A DNA stretch of 63,901 nucleotides, filler included, from Bigelowiella natans CCMP2755 (Eukaryota; Protista; Cercozoa), in the NCBI GenBank assembly GCA_000320545.1. It is 10 parts of 10 records of this genome, joined end to end, with 100 filler letters (N's around TTAATTAATTAA, not from the genome) between each part and the next. Parts side by side here need not be neighbours in the genome. Positions count along the whole stretch, not along the records: positions 37,152 to 46,498 come from ADNK01001057.1; positions 46,599 to 60,894 come from ADNK01001172.1; 8 more parts are not named here. One strand, written 5' to 3'. Below the pieces are notes generated by a model. That model did not search any database and had not been told where the DNA came from. It saw only the letters and a program-made list of their open reading frames with translations. Shown here in pieces: positions 38,970 through 52,700 of the stretch; within the stretch, counting starts at the first letter, position 1, and each line of letters opens with the position of its first letter. The position numbers and the translations under genes are program-made.

Positions 38970-40171
38970 TGAAAATGACGCAAAGTTTAACACACGCGCT
39001 CTGTGTGCATGGTGTGAAAGTAGGAATAAAATGTGATTGGGAAACCCACCCCCTCCCCCCTCAATAGTGCGGTCAAGTATTCGAAATATGCTGATGTTCC
39101 TTTGCTGTTTTTGCTTTGCTACGCACGCGCACACCACCTTGCCTTTTCCAAGGCGTCAGATGCGTTTGAAATCAACTCCCGCAAGAAGACCTGCGTTTTA
39201 GTTAAGATAGTAAGCTCAAAATTCCAGAAGGAGATTTCCCGGAAAGAAGAGGCGGGGGGCGAACGGGAGAAATGAGGCAGCGATCGATGGGATTATCTTG
39301 TAAGAATCTTATAACTGTTCATGCCACTCGGAATTTTTAAAAGCGGCACATTTGAATAACGAGGATGGCACTCAATGCCGCCGAGAGCAACTACTACTAC
39401 CTCTTTATCTGTGTAGAGGGAGTTAGCGACGATGTCGAGGATTCTCCTCGTTTCCGCCTGAAACCCGTGACTTTCCGTAGTCTCCCCTTTGCTCTCACTG
39501 GCTGTGGGAACATCCTGGACATCGACAAAACAAACAGGGCAAATTAAGAAAAGCGAGGAGGACTGATCAACTTGGAAAACCACCACGACGAAAGCATTCC
39601 GCCGTCCTGATGCAATCATTAAAATAAGCTCATACACAGCCCACTACCTTCTTCTCCCAGTTTTTTTCGAGCAAATCCTCCAGATCCACCGTCTCGCCAA
39701 CCTCGGGTGATACCTTTTCCTCCTCCACCTCAGGATCGAGGGGCTTGCTACCATCCTCTTCCACATCGATTATCTTCTCATCGCCCGACGGCTTGCCAGT
39801 GCAGAAGTACCTCGACGACGACGGCCAAGCTCGCGAGAAAGGCGACCCCGATGACAAACCCTTCATACTCTGACTGCATCGGATCTTTGGGCCGCAGATT
39901 GCCAACAAAAGATGTTGAGTCGGCACACGGCGCATGCGACAGACACATAGGAGAATAAACGCGATTAGGACAAATATGAGGCTAGGATGATGTTCTACAC
40001 GAATATTTCTGGCGGAAAAGGTAAGCATCAATTCGAGAATAGCAAGTATAAAATTGTAACACTGACCGCTTCTGACACTCGGAGGGAGAGCCGCGCGTTC
40101 GGGATCTTTTGCATCATGGTCATCCATCTCGATGAAGACGACATCGCCCTACGTCCGAACCGAAGTGACAT
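37240..40171 (-). CDS. TRAP1: Mitochondrial Hsp90 (TRAP1/Hsp75), N-terminal ATPase domain; 3' end cut by contig end
   Basis: Presequence-like [16 protein letters not shown]; [23 protein letters not shown]|[81 protein letters not shown]. The FQAETR...DIVA.SLY pattern is TRAP1-type. Confidence 0.92.
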
Positions 40172-42025
40172 TTTTCTATTCTCTGATGTCTCTCTGGTTA
40201 TCTATACGCTTAGTCAACGACCGTCTACTCAGCGCGATATCGGAACCTAACGTGTGCCACAATCGATCAATGCGAGCTCGGACTTCACGGGTAACCAAGA
40301 CAATGCAACACAACAATTCTGGGCAATAGAGTTGGATGGCTTTCGCTCCAATGAGCGTCGCATTGCGTTTAGAGACTCTAGGTGGTCTGAGCCTCTGACT
40401 CTATCGCCACAGAAAGGGCAAAACCCATTGGGAGAGAACACCAACACCCTACTCGCACGGGTATGGGAGGGGGCTACCCAGTGCCGGAAGAAGGTTCGGA
40501 AATTAAATGTACCAGAATAAACGAAGAGAAACTCGTCGAACTTCAGCGACCGATGGTCGATGCGCACTTTGACGACCGATTGTACCACTCTGTGTTGGTG
40601 GTAATCCTCCGTGTCAAAAATTGACGGGACTCCACGGACCCCAATTGTCCGAATGCTGCCGTTGTAATTGAAGAAATTGCAGGGTTTGCCGAGCCGCAGG
40701 CCATCTGATGCCTTGTCTCGACAGCAAATTTGGCATCTTGCGCGCATCTCCGGAATTCCAGTCTTAAAATGTAGTTTTTTCCTGAAATTTTCCACATAAA
40801 ATATTGTATTACTTTCGAATATGGCAGCCTACAAGCTTGAAATATCGAATCATATGCCCTAACACGGTTATAATTTTTAAGAGGTTATATCTACTTCCAA
40901 CGAAGGTAGTTTCTCGATATTTTTCGGGAAGCTAGACAAAGAATTTCGAACTTCGCATAGTAGAATCTCTGTGTTCAACCTGTCATCTTCATTCAACCCC
41001 CTGATTCCCAAATTCACAATTGCTTATTAATCCTATTCATTCTTAACGACTGGTATAATTTGTAGTCGCAAAGAATCTAACGATGAGATTTCTACACACA
41101 TGTATCGGTTGTTCAAATTTGCACAAGGTCATCCGGATTTTCGGCGAAAAAGACAAAGTGCCTAAAAAGTTTGTTCGAAATCAAGGAAAATCGCTCATGA
41201 AATCCCCGGTACTGGCAAAGTATATTCCCTAAAATAATGTGATTAATGTATAAAGATTGTTGTAGAATATTGTCGCAGAATAAAATTGGAGATACTTCCT
41301 GACAGAACACCATACGACTTGGATCTGATATGCAAGTATTGGGCAATGGTGCCCACCCCGCTCGGTAAGGCGTGTAGTATCGCCACCCCTCCAGCTTCAT
41401 GAAAAAAAATACAGTTTTAGATTTTGGGTGTGAATTCACTGTTAGTTATCATCACTAATTTTGAACCGGTGCAATAAAAAGTGAGTCGATTAAGGAACGT
41501 GCCCATCTCCACCCCACCATTTCATATCCCGCACGTGTGATGTTTTCGGAGAAACCACTTTGAAAATGTGAAATTGGGGGTGGGGGAAATTTACTAGTGC
41601 ACATAAACACACAACCAAACACTTATCGGACTAGACCTGCGATTTTTGGTCCGGAGCTTCATCTTTCAGCTTGTATTGCCTAGAATGTTTGTGGGGGGTA
41701 GCGAACGAGTGCTTTATAGCACGGGAAGATTTCGAATTTACCCCTCTGTTATCATGCAGTATCCTTGTTATCGTATTTTAGCTCTGTCTAGGTTTGGGCA
41801 GAAGTAAATATTCGAAAATCAGATATGGGCAAGATTCCGAAATGAGGCGTCTTATCTGTGTCTTGTTCATTCGGATTTTAACTTCTGCCCGCACCCACTC
41901 ATCACCCCTGTTTACATCGTAGGTTGAAGCGCCCGTATTGATCCATGCAGATTTGTGAGAAATATTACCATCTATGCATGGAGGATGAAACAACAAGCAG
42001 CTGCAGTTGGCATTGACAAAGAACG

Positions 42026-43330
42026 ATGACAGTCAACACGAGGAGGGGCTTTGAATATACACGTTACAACGAGGAAGATGCCCCCTTCCCCACATACTCG
42101 TCGCCCTCTCCGCCGTCGTATCCACGGCGACAGCATCATCGCTGGGAAGAGGCTTCAGTGCGTCGCATGCGGTTCCGTGTGCTCTCGGCATTGCTCATGA
42201 TCCTTGCGGGGATTTTAGGAGGCAGTACAACGACGGGAAGAGGAAGGAAAGCCTCACGGCGAATGCTCGATGAATCTTCGAATCTACGCTTTGCTCCTCC
42301 TGCAAGAAAATCCGCGCCAATATCGTCATCATCGGCAGCATCGAGCTTCTTCTTCCCCCTCCCATCTCGGCGCTCCCCTCGCCGTATTGTCTCGATATCC
42401 GCCCAGCAATCGTACCGCCCACAAGCAAGTCCTATGTTTGGAGGGGGGGAAGAAAATAGTGCGGGGGGGGGAATACCTGGTGGAGCAGGAAGCGGATTTC
42501 GGGAGGTGGGTAGGAGAGAAAACCAGGCTAAGATGTCTGCTGCTGCCCCCCATCGTATGAGCAGTCGAAGCCATCCTCGAGGAATGGTCAAGGAAGGTGG
42601 GTCAGTGTCGCTTTCCCCGCGACATCAAAATCCTTTCTTCACATCGTCGTCAGGGTACCGGCCTAAAAGCTTTCCTTCCATTCCGCCACCAAGATACCGC
42701 AATGCGGTACTTTCCCCAGAAGCTTCCCCCCTCTCTTCTCCCTCCTCCTCCTCGCCATCGCAGGCAGCTGACTCCAAATCTAGCAGTAGCAGCAGCAGCA
42801 GCAGCGACAGCATCAAGGACGAGGAGGATGGGGCCACCTGCCTCGCTGGTTTTGTGAGTCGCATAACGTTCTCGACCGAAAAGGACGAATTCAAGGTGAT
42901 CAAAGTCCGCATGGTGGGGGGCGGGAAGCGTCGGTCGCAGCAGGTGACAGTGGTGGGACAACTGCCTGGAGTGACCGTCGGCCAGACGCTTGATCTGCGG
43001 GGTCACTGGGGAACCCACCCGCGACACGGGAAACGCTTTGCTGTCACCTCGTGGGAGGAGCGCGCGCCGGATTCCGAGGCCGATATGGTAGTATACCTGC
43101 AGGGCATGATCAAAGGCGTCGGCCCTGTCACCGCGAGGAATATCGTGAAGAAGCTTGGCGACGGCACGCTGCAGATACTGGACGGCGAGGATGCCGTCGC
43201 ACGGCTCCGTGAAGTGAAGGGCGTGGGCGCCAAAACCGCCGCTGTCATCAAGGAGAACTGGGACCGCGGCCGTGATTCAAGGGAAGCGTTGCAGTTCTTG
43301 CAGAGAGTCGGCATGTCAGTCAGGGTGATA

Positions 43331-43364
<34 letters not shown>

Positions 43365-43441
43365 CGACGATGATAGCAGTAGTAGTAGTTGTAGCAGTAT
43401 TCCGACCATCATCAGTGCTCGCGGTATGTGCTTCTACTTGT

Positions 43442-43481
<40 letters not shown>

Positions 43482-43676
43482 GAGGCGAGAGAATCGCTGC
43501 ACACAAGATCACTATTATCATAGCGTCAGTATTTGATTTTGATGATCCTCCCTCCCCTTCTCCCCCCCCCCCTCCCCCTCGATATAATAACTAATAGGTC
43601 GCACAGCGCGTGGTGATGCGATTTGGTCAAAATACGGAACGCATCGTGAGACAGGATCCTTACACCGCTCTTTCAG

Positions 43677-43713
<37 letters not shown>

Positions 43714-43858
43714 AGTCTGGATGTCCGTGTAATAAAACGGCATGACAGCCAACCACAAAAGGAAACTGGGGGTTCGCGGGAGAGAGGAGGGGGTGGGGGG
43801 GGGGGGGGATCTAGAGCTTCATACAACTTTACAATTGCCAAAATGTAGCCTTGATATT

Positions 43859-43912
<54 letters not shown>

Positions 43913-44202
43913 CGTTTATATTTGGATGTCTTCCGTGCATTGGCTGCATCGTCGTCTGGGTCGCCTCTTCAGGTGCGTGGAGGCGGATTTACGGAGTCCG
44001 AGCGAATTGCCCAAATGCTGCAGTCATCGCCAGAGTTGCCATCGCGTTTCATGGCAGCTGTCAGCTATGCGCTGTCTTCAGCATCTAATAATGAGGGCCA
44101 CACCTATCTGCCTCTGCCGAGGCTCATAGAAAGCACAGTTAGATTGCTGCAGAAGCAGGTTTGGTGTGATGACATCGTCAAATAGCATTGTTGCCTTCTC
44201 TC

Positions 44203-44247
<45 letters not shown>

Positions 44248-44909
44248 GCGCCTCTCTGCCTCTCCCTCTATTTCTGTCTTTCCCCCTCAACACACATGCG
44301 CGTGCGCGTCACGCGCACAACAGGGAGTTTTGAAGTATTAGCCCTACTGAATATGCAGGGGAGGTGGTAGGGAATGGGGGGGGGGCTAGCCTATATGCAG
44401 GGTAGAACTATCGATGTTTCTTGTTTGTATATCTTCTGTTCAAAATCACTTCCAGGACGGCTGTACCCCCTCAACTAACAACATAGGCAATTTCCACTCC
44501 CCTCCCTTTCTTCCCCCTCCATGACACCCACATCAGACTCCTCTCCCTGCAGCGAATGGCGGGGGGTTGGATCCGAAGAGCCTGGAAGGGCGCGTGACGC
44601 AAGCGGTGCAGTGTCTGCATTCAAATGGGCATCTGATGCTCAGGAGGGCGGGTGCGAGCCATGTGCTCCACCCACGCGAGCACCACATCGATGAGCTCTT
44701 CCAGCAATCCGGGAGAGAGGACTCGTACAGCATACGCTGCCAGGTACTCTTACGTGGGCGGGTTGTGATGGGTGCTCGCCGGATGGCCGACTTGTGTGCT
44801 TTTTCTCCGTCTCCCCTCCTCTCCCTCACTCCCCCCCTTTTCTGTCAATCATATTCGCGATTTGGGGATCATTGTCATCATCAATATCACCATCATCATT
44901 ACCATCATT

Positions 44910-44944
<35 letters not shown>

Positions 44945-45120
44945 CGCATCAGTCGAAGGAGTTGGCGGAGGCGGAGCTCTCCGTGAAGGCCGACCTCCTG
45001 TCGCGGGCCCTGCAGCCGCACATCGAGATTGACGAGACCCGGCTAGATTCTTGGTTGGAGCGCTACCAAGCGCAGACGACTCTCAAGCTCAACCACGAGC
45101 AGCTGCAAGGTGTGTGTGTG

Positions 45121-45168
<48 letters not shown>

Positions 45169-46498
45169 AGAGTTGTTGTTGATGATGATGATGATGATGA
45201 TGATGACGACGATGATGATGGCGACGAAGACGGCGAGAAATATAACCCCTCTCCCCTCCCTCTCCCCTCCCCCTCCAAAAAAAAATCAATAGGTGTTCGC
45301 CGCATAGCCAGCGCGTCGATATCCATCCTGACCGGCGGCCCGGGGTGCGGTAAGACGGTAACTGCCCAGGCCCTCGTAGCGCTGTGGAGCGCAATGGGGA
45401 AGAAAATCAAGCTTTGCGCCCCGACGGGAAGGGCGGCGCAGCGGCTCTCCGAGGTCGCTCACGCCGAGGCGCAGACGATTCACCGACTGCTTGAGTTTGA
45501 GCAGAAGGCGGAGGGAAGTGCAGCAGCGGATGATCTCCTCGAGGTTGGAGAGGCCAATGGCAGGTTTACGAGAAATCGCCAGAATCCGATTGATGCTGAC
45601 GTAGTGCTGTTGGACGAATGTTCCATGCTGGATCTCCCTCTAGCTTCCGCCCTGCTCGAGGCCATTCCCAGCACCGCACAAGTTGTGCTTATCGGCGACG
45701 CGGATCAGCTGCCGCCCGTAGGCCCCGGCGCGGTACATTCTATTAGTTTGTCACCGGGGAAGGAGTGTTTTAAGAAGGGGGGTGAGGGTCGGGTAGCATT
45801 CACATGAGATAGTGTTTGCCTGATACGTGCTTCTCTTCTCCTTCTTCTCCTTCTTCTTCTATTGACGACTTAGTAAAATGTCGACGGAATAAACCGACAG
45901 CACTAATGCACTAACCCCCCCCCCCCCCCCCCCAAAAAAAACAACAAAACCAATTTCTTTAGGTGTTCGCCGACGCCATTAAGTCACAGATCTTCCCACA
46001 GATCAAACTTCACCACGTTTTCCGACAGCAGCAGGCCAATGACAGTAACATCGTAGCTTCCGCTCACATGGTGAATGAGGGCGTGGTGCCCCAGTTGGAG
46101 CGCATCGACGGCCGCCGACTACTGAAGGAGAGTAAGATGATCCAGCAGCAAGAGCAACGACGAGGAGAAGAGGGAGATCAAGAAGAAAATGAAGGGTTCG
46201 GTGATTCTGAAGAGGAGGCCGCCAACACACAGAAAAGCGCCGTCAGCAATGACGTCAAGAACAACGATATCGAGGAGGGGGATGGTGAGGTTGATAGAGA
46301 TCGCATGATGTGAAGCAGCAGCAGCAGCAGGGCCAACAGCGAGGGGGGTGACAACAACACCAATGACAGAAGTACGACTTCAGAGAATGCGAAGAAGAGC
46401 GATGGCGAAGACTACTTCACCCCCCTGGCGGCCGAGGTGGGGGGGGGCGGAGGAGGAGGGGACTGTCTTTGGATTGAAGCTGCCGAGGGGGAAATCGA
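42026..46498 (+). CDS. recD2: RecD2-like SF1B DNA helicase with a long organelle-targeting-like leader; 3' end cut
   Basis: RecD2 N-domain (GFVSRITF...VTVVGQL...GHWGTHPRHGKRF), HhH motifs IKGVGPVTA and VKGVGAKTA, YTALSE|VRGGGF, EGHTYLP, Walker A LTGGPGCGKT, CAPTGRAAQRL, TIHRLL, LLDECSMLD, LIGDADQLPPVGPG, LHHVFRQ. Has spliceosomal introns. Confidence 0.93.
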
Positions 46499-46598
46499 NN
46501 NNNNNNNNNNNNNNNNNNNNNNNNNNNNNNNNNNNNNNNNNNTTAATTAATTAANNNNNNNNNNNNNNNNNNNNNNNNNNNNNNNNNNNNNNNNNNNN

Positions 46599-47190
46599 TC
46601 TGATAGCCCCGCAGTAGCGACCACTGCCCCTTCTGATAGTCCCGTGTGGGGGACTTCCACCCCTACCTCTACCCCTTCTGATAGCCCCGCAGTAGCGACC
46701 ACTGCCCCTTCTGATAGTCCCGTATGGGGGACTTCCACCCCTACCTCTACCCCTTCTGATAGTCCCGTATGGGGGACTACCACCCCTACCTCTACCCCTT
46801 CTGATAGCCCCGCAGTAGCGACCACTGCCCCTTCTGATAGCCCCGTATGGGGGACTTCCACCCCTACCTCTACCCCTTCTGATAGTCCCGCAGTATCGAC
46901 CACTGCCCCTTCTGATAGCCCCGTGTGGGAGACTTCCACCCCTACCTCTACCCCTTCTGATAGCCCCGCAGTAGCGACCACTGCCCCTTCTGATAGCCCC
47001 GTATGGGGGACCTCCACCCCTACCTCTACCCCTTCTGATAGCCCCGCAGTAGCGACCACTGCCCCTTCTGATAGCCCCGTGTGGGAGACTTCTACCCCTA
47101 CCTCTACCCCTTCTGATAGCCCCGCAGTAGCGACCACTGCCCCTTCTGATAGTCCCGCAGTAGCGATCACTCACCCTTCCTCTACCCCTT
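46599..47190 (+). repeat. Coding minisatellite, 78-bp unit (33+45-bp subunits), mucin-like
   Basis: About 7 near-identical units encoding SDSPAVATTAPSDSPVWGTSTPTSTP. One extra 45-bp subunit near 46755-46800. Confidence 0.95.
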
Positions 47191-49601
47191 CGGGAACTAT
47201 GGCAACCGAATCTCCATCAAATAGCCCAACGCCGGTAGTAACCCTAGCCCTTTTTATTTCGAATAATCTTTAGCGATCTTATATTTTTTAATGCATCGTT
47301 TGGTTCCTCATATTCTCACTTTCCGACGATATCGAGATTGTGTACATACTTCCGCAAAATGTGGTGAACGGTGTAGGGTTTCTCTCAGCAGTTCTTCTGT
47401 CTCTTTCCTACGTTTTGATCATCAATTATTTGAATGTGAAGAAATATACAATCATATTTTGATGCGAACCTCTATTTCAATATTGTAATAAATGTTACAC
47501 GTCTGAACGGCCTGGATGAAAAACAGTGCATGCATGCATGCATTCTTCTTCATTCATACTCATGGAAATATCCTTCTGATCATTCAGTTACCGACAATTC
47601 CAACAACGATCTCCCCTACAACGGTCGTGCCAACGCCGAGCCCTTCATCCAGCCTCCCTTTCGTCGGCACCGGTGCCCCGACTTTGAGCCCTCCTCCCTA
47701 TCCCACAGATTCTTGGTTCCAAGACGACTGTAGCAAGATCTCCGTCTCTTTCTCGCATGACACTAACGGCGAGGCGACTGAGGTGACCAATTGCACCGAG
47801 CTATTCGAACACACGTCATTAACGACTTTTGGGACGCCAACGGAGGTGCGATGCCGCTGGGTAGCGCCGGCCATGCTCGAAATCACACTGGGGTCCCAAC
47901 CAACGATTATTCCAAACGACACTATAACATTCGCAGAAAATGCTCTGTTCGGAACCTCCGGTAGTGCGCAAAGACTGCCAGTGTCGGTGCGAGTCAGGCA
48001 GGCTGCTAACCCTTCTCGGGTTTCGGTGACTATATCAGGTGCCTTCGAGGTCAGTGCATGTACTTATGCATCGGAGCTCATAGCATCGGCACAAGGCTCA
48101 GCAGGACGGCCGATGCGATATCAATGGGAGTTCCTTGGGCCAGATCTTGTGAGCCTTCAGGCGACTAAATTGTTTTCTGCTGCCGTCAATGCTACGACCA
48201 GTTACAATCTGAAAATAAAAGTCGGAAACATGACCATTGGGACGACCTATAAGTTTAGAGTGCTTGCTCGGAATTGGCTTGATGCAAGTGCAGAGAGCAC
48301 GTTTTACGTAACCAAAGCACGAGGGGGCGTGCCTAAGTTCCAATTACCATCTGCGACTACGATTTCAATCAGGCGCTCGCAGCCGCTCTCTATACCTGTG
48401 CAGATTCGTGACCCCTGTTTAAATTCGAACGCATCGACGTCTGAGAGCGCGGGGGGGGAGAGTGGTGTGCTGGGAAAGCTTGATGTTCAGATAATATGCA
48501 TGTGGTCCCAGTCACCACTTGATGAGCACTTGACATCCATCCCGAACCCCACCTCCTCGTATCTACTTCTTCCCCCCTACCGGCTGGAAATAGGGAGAGG
48601 CGAGTATCACTTCACGCTGCAAGCTCAGGCGCGAGATGTAAATGGACAATTCTTGGGAGAGTCGAACATTACCTTCACGGTGAATGTAGAGTCGGAGGCT
48701 GTGGTTGCGTGTATTGCTGGAGGTGATGACCGGCTGCTCGACTCTACTTCTAATCAGGGGACAATCCATTTCGATGCATCTCAGAGTGTAGATCTTGCCT
48801 ACCCAGATGTCCCCCCGTCGCTTTACGCTTGGAGAATTTATCATTGTAATAATGGAACCCATAACCTTTTGCTAGAGTCAAACGGGACGGCACCAGTCCT
48901 CACCCCACCACCTAACTTCCTCTCTGCCAACACGAAATATCGGGTCACGGTCATTGTAACGGGGAGATTCAATCGTAGTAGCAGCTACACCCAAAGGGTC
49001 ACTACCACAGCGATTCCGGTGCCCCAAGTGTCGGTAGAGCTGTGGTCGGAGTCACTACTACTCAGAGGAGATAGGGTTGATCCTGGAAAGAAGATTGCTT
49101 TCCGAGGACGGTCTTCAGGCAATCAAACTGGTCCATTCCATCAGGACAGTCGTGCAGAATTTTTGTGGAAGTACAAGGTCTCTACTTATGATTCGGACGG
49201 CAGTAGTAGCAGCAACTTCGCTTTCGATAGTTTAAAGACGCCCATGCTTTTGTCATCTGGAAACGGATCGTATCTAGTTCTGAGGCCTAACGCTCTTTCT
49301 CCTGGAGCAAGCTACACGTTTCAGCTAGAGGTGACTACCACTTACTCCTTTCAATCTTTCACTGGTCGGGCTGCGGTGACTATCCAGACGAACTCTCCGC
49401 CATCCCTTGGGATTTGTGCTGCTAACCCTGAGTATGGACTCGCGCTCATTACGAATTTCAGGCTTATTTGCTGGGTGATATTATAGATGATTTGCAGGCG
49501 TGTGTCCTTTCCCCGGCTAGTCCATATGGCCTTGCCATGTGAAGATTGCATCATTCTTAGAGTATTTTCTATCGAGGAAAATACTAGATGATATATATTT
49601 G

Positions 49602-49643
<42 letters not shown>

Positions 49644-49691
49644 CATGTATGTTTATCAACTGTTCGCACCGCTTTTCTCTTTATATATATA

Positions 49692-49732
<41 letters not shown>

Positions 49733-52700
49733 TGTAAAAATCATATATCTATTTATTTCTAGTTTCTATGTGTAATTTTATTAAGTAAATTAGTCATTGA
49801 TGAGTGTTGCAAGAGTACCCTTGGTAATCTAACAAAAATGGTAACTACGGTAGGGTTGGACAGACATAGACCTCCCCCTTATGTATAAGTTCCAAACCTT
49901 TGACGAGGACAGCGGGTGGCGCTGGATCTAAGCAACTTCAGGCGCATGCCACACTTTGACACGGTCTTACCAGGAAGCAGAAACACGATTTCCAACACTG
50001 ACCCTCCAGAAGTGTCTGTCGCAGTCATTCGTCTTTTCGGCGGTGGTCCAAGATGCATTCGGCGCGGAATCCTCGCGACATTTCACCGTCAACGTGTCCC
50101 AACCCCCCAGTCTAAACCTCGATAATGCTGAAAATCTTCTCCAGAAGCGGCTGGATGAGGGTGACACGCAAAGTTTTGTTGTAATCGCAGCCGGTACCGC
50201 TAGGTACCTCGCAGCGCAGCGAGACCAGATAAATGAGACTGAATCGGAAACTGCCCGAGCAAACCTTCTCTCAATCCTTCGAAAGGCCACCAATGGAAAC
50301 ATTTATAGTTTTACTTCCTTGTCCAATAGTTCACATTCGCAATTGTCCCCTGAAAATTCAGCGGCACTGGTGAGCTCCATCACCGACTATGTGCGACCAG
50401 GCGAAATCGACGACTTTCAAACCCAATCACTCGTGGTTGGGATTCTTAAGGACATAGCAAACTCGAGCAGGCTAGCTATAATTGGAATCAAGCACAGCAT
50501 CGCTGCTGTGTCTAACTTAGTCTCATCATCTGTGGAGGCCTTGCGGGACAATAGCACTGCGACTAGGAGAATGAAGCCTAATCAGAGCCAGGGCCTAGTT
50601 GATGTACTCTCAGGACTATCTCTAAAATTGGTGAATTACAATGCGCCAGGCGAGAATGTCATCTCAGTAACCTCAAAGACGAATCTGAGAAGACTCGTTA
50701 AGGTGTTAAGCAACTAAATTCGAAAGGAAACGAGACTTCAAAAGCAGTTATATTTTTCCCCTAACTCTAGTTTAGTCTTTAGGATCCGCCCTCCCGCAAT
50801 TAGTTCTCTCTTTACTACTTTGCCTTCTTTTGTTGCTCTTTTCCCCATTTTCAAGCTGTACTAAGCAGTCATACCCAATGCTTTTCAGGTCAATTTAGAC
50901 TGTCAAAAGTTGACAATGGCGGGGGCACAAGGCCACGTTCTGCGGTCCCAGTCCAGTGTAGCAAAGGTGCACATTCCATCCGAACTGTCTTCGTATGTAA
51001 TGTTGGAACCAGGATTGTCTCCGGCTGGGCTTGACTCGAGCGTGATCGACGTATCCTTGATATCGGTAGAAGGCGATAGCCTCTATCCTTACCCTCCACC
51101 TCCCCAGAACTCTACAGTTATCAACTCCGAGAATGCAGATGTCGTCATCATCGAATTATTCGATCAAGGAGGCCTCAAAATTCCCCTGAATAATCTTCCC
51201 GAAGGTCAGCGGTTTAACTTCACAATTCCAGGGAAAGCCATGAATCTGTCAAGGGTTAGCGAGGCCGGTGTTGCTGCTCATCCGGTCTGCGAATACTGGA
51301 ACCTATCACAAAAAGGTATTGACATATATTATAACATTGCTAGATTCGAATTAGGAGATTCATAGTCGCAGTATTCTTACCACTTATATGTACTTATTTA
51401 CGCCTTATTGTTATTGATGCAACTTTTATCATCCGATTGCCAAAATTCGCGCCAGGTTGGCGGAGTGACGGAATGAAAGGCCTTAAAGTGAAAACTACTG
51501 ATAGTACTCACAGCAGCGAAGAAAATGATGACATAATGGGGGGAGACCAAGGCGGCATCACTTGTGAATCGTCGCATCTGACTGCCTTTCACGGCCGAAT
51601 GGAATTTGTAGTTCAGATTAATACGATAAGGACCGACGACATCAAAGACAAACGTTCTCTCGACCCTACCCAAAATCCGATGTCTGCCTTCATTGTAGCT
51701 TGCCTGAGCGTAATTTTTATATCACTGATTGCCACAAGAAAATATGACGCCTACATTATGAAGCGTAAGGACGCAGAGGAGCTGGAGAAGAAATTTTGGC
51801 GGAGGATGAACGTGCTGCGCTCATACCGTGTCAGTGCACAGTCTTGGTACAAGTGGCGATACGTGCTCAGCTGGAGTTTAAGACGAAGGCATACGTGGAT
51901 TTCGATGTGTTTTCGTCCCCGTGGAGACTATCTCAACTCGCAAAAACGTGTTGTCATGCTCTCTGTTCTCATTTTTAACTCGGCTACAGTTTGTGCACTG
52001 TTCATAGGCACGGATCAAAAGCTACTCTTCCTCCCTGATTGGGTTTCTATAGCCCTTGTGACAGCAGTGATGAGCTTTCCCGTTCCGTATGTATTTGGCC
52101 ATATTTTCTTTCGTGCGCCACCGAAGTGTCTTCGTGTCCAGGTTATCCCATGAAATGGAAGATATTTTTCCTTGTTCGAATACATGTCCGACTTTCGTTT
52201 TTTATGTGTTCATCTAGACCTATTGGTATGCCTTTTCCCTTCATTAATCGATTGGTGTTGATTGCAGCTCAAAGACATTGCTGTAGCAGTAGGAACAGTA
52301 GGAACGGCCTCGAGGTTGATACACTGCTTGAACCTGTGTGAAAATCTGAGGTGTAAGCAACCGGAGGAGATGGAAATAATGTGGGAGAATGACGATTCCG
52401 AGGACGATTACGATGATGATGATGATGAATACATAGGGCATAATAACAAGAACAGATACAATCATGTACCGTTGGCGATGAACTCACTGAAGAGCACTTT
52501 GCTAGCTCAAAATTCTCTGCAGAAAAGTAGTAGACCTACGGTAAAATCCGAGGCTACATATTTACATGCTGAAATGTCAAATGCTCGCCATAAGATCGGG
52601 TACAAGAAACGAATGTCAAGGAACGGGTCTATGCACTCGAGAAGTGCATCGATACACAGTAGAAATCTTTCGGTAAATGTATCCAAGGACTCGGTGAATG

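Noticed and set aside
41113-41996. Short minus-strand ORFs upstream of recD2
   Set aside because: AT-rich intergenic sequence, non-ATG starts and no motifs.
46599-47190. Regularly spaced direct repeats as a CRISPR array
   Set aside because: The intervening sequences are themselves repeated, the unit is a multiple of 3 in an open Ser/Thr/Pro frame, and no cas genes are present. The Gly-rich antisense ORFs are shadows.
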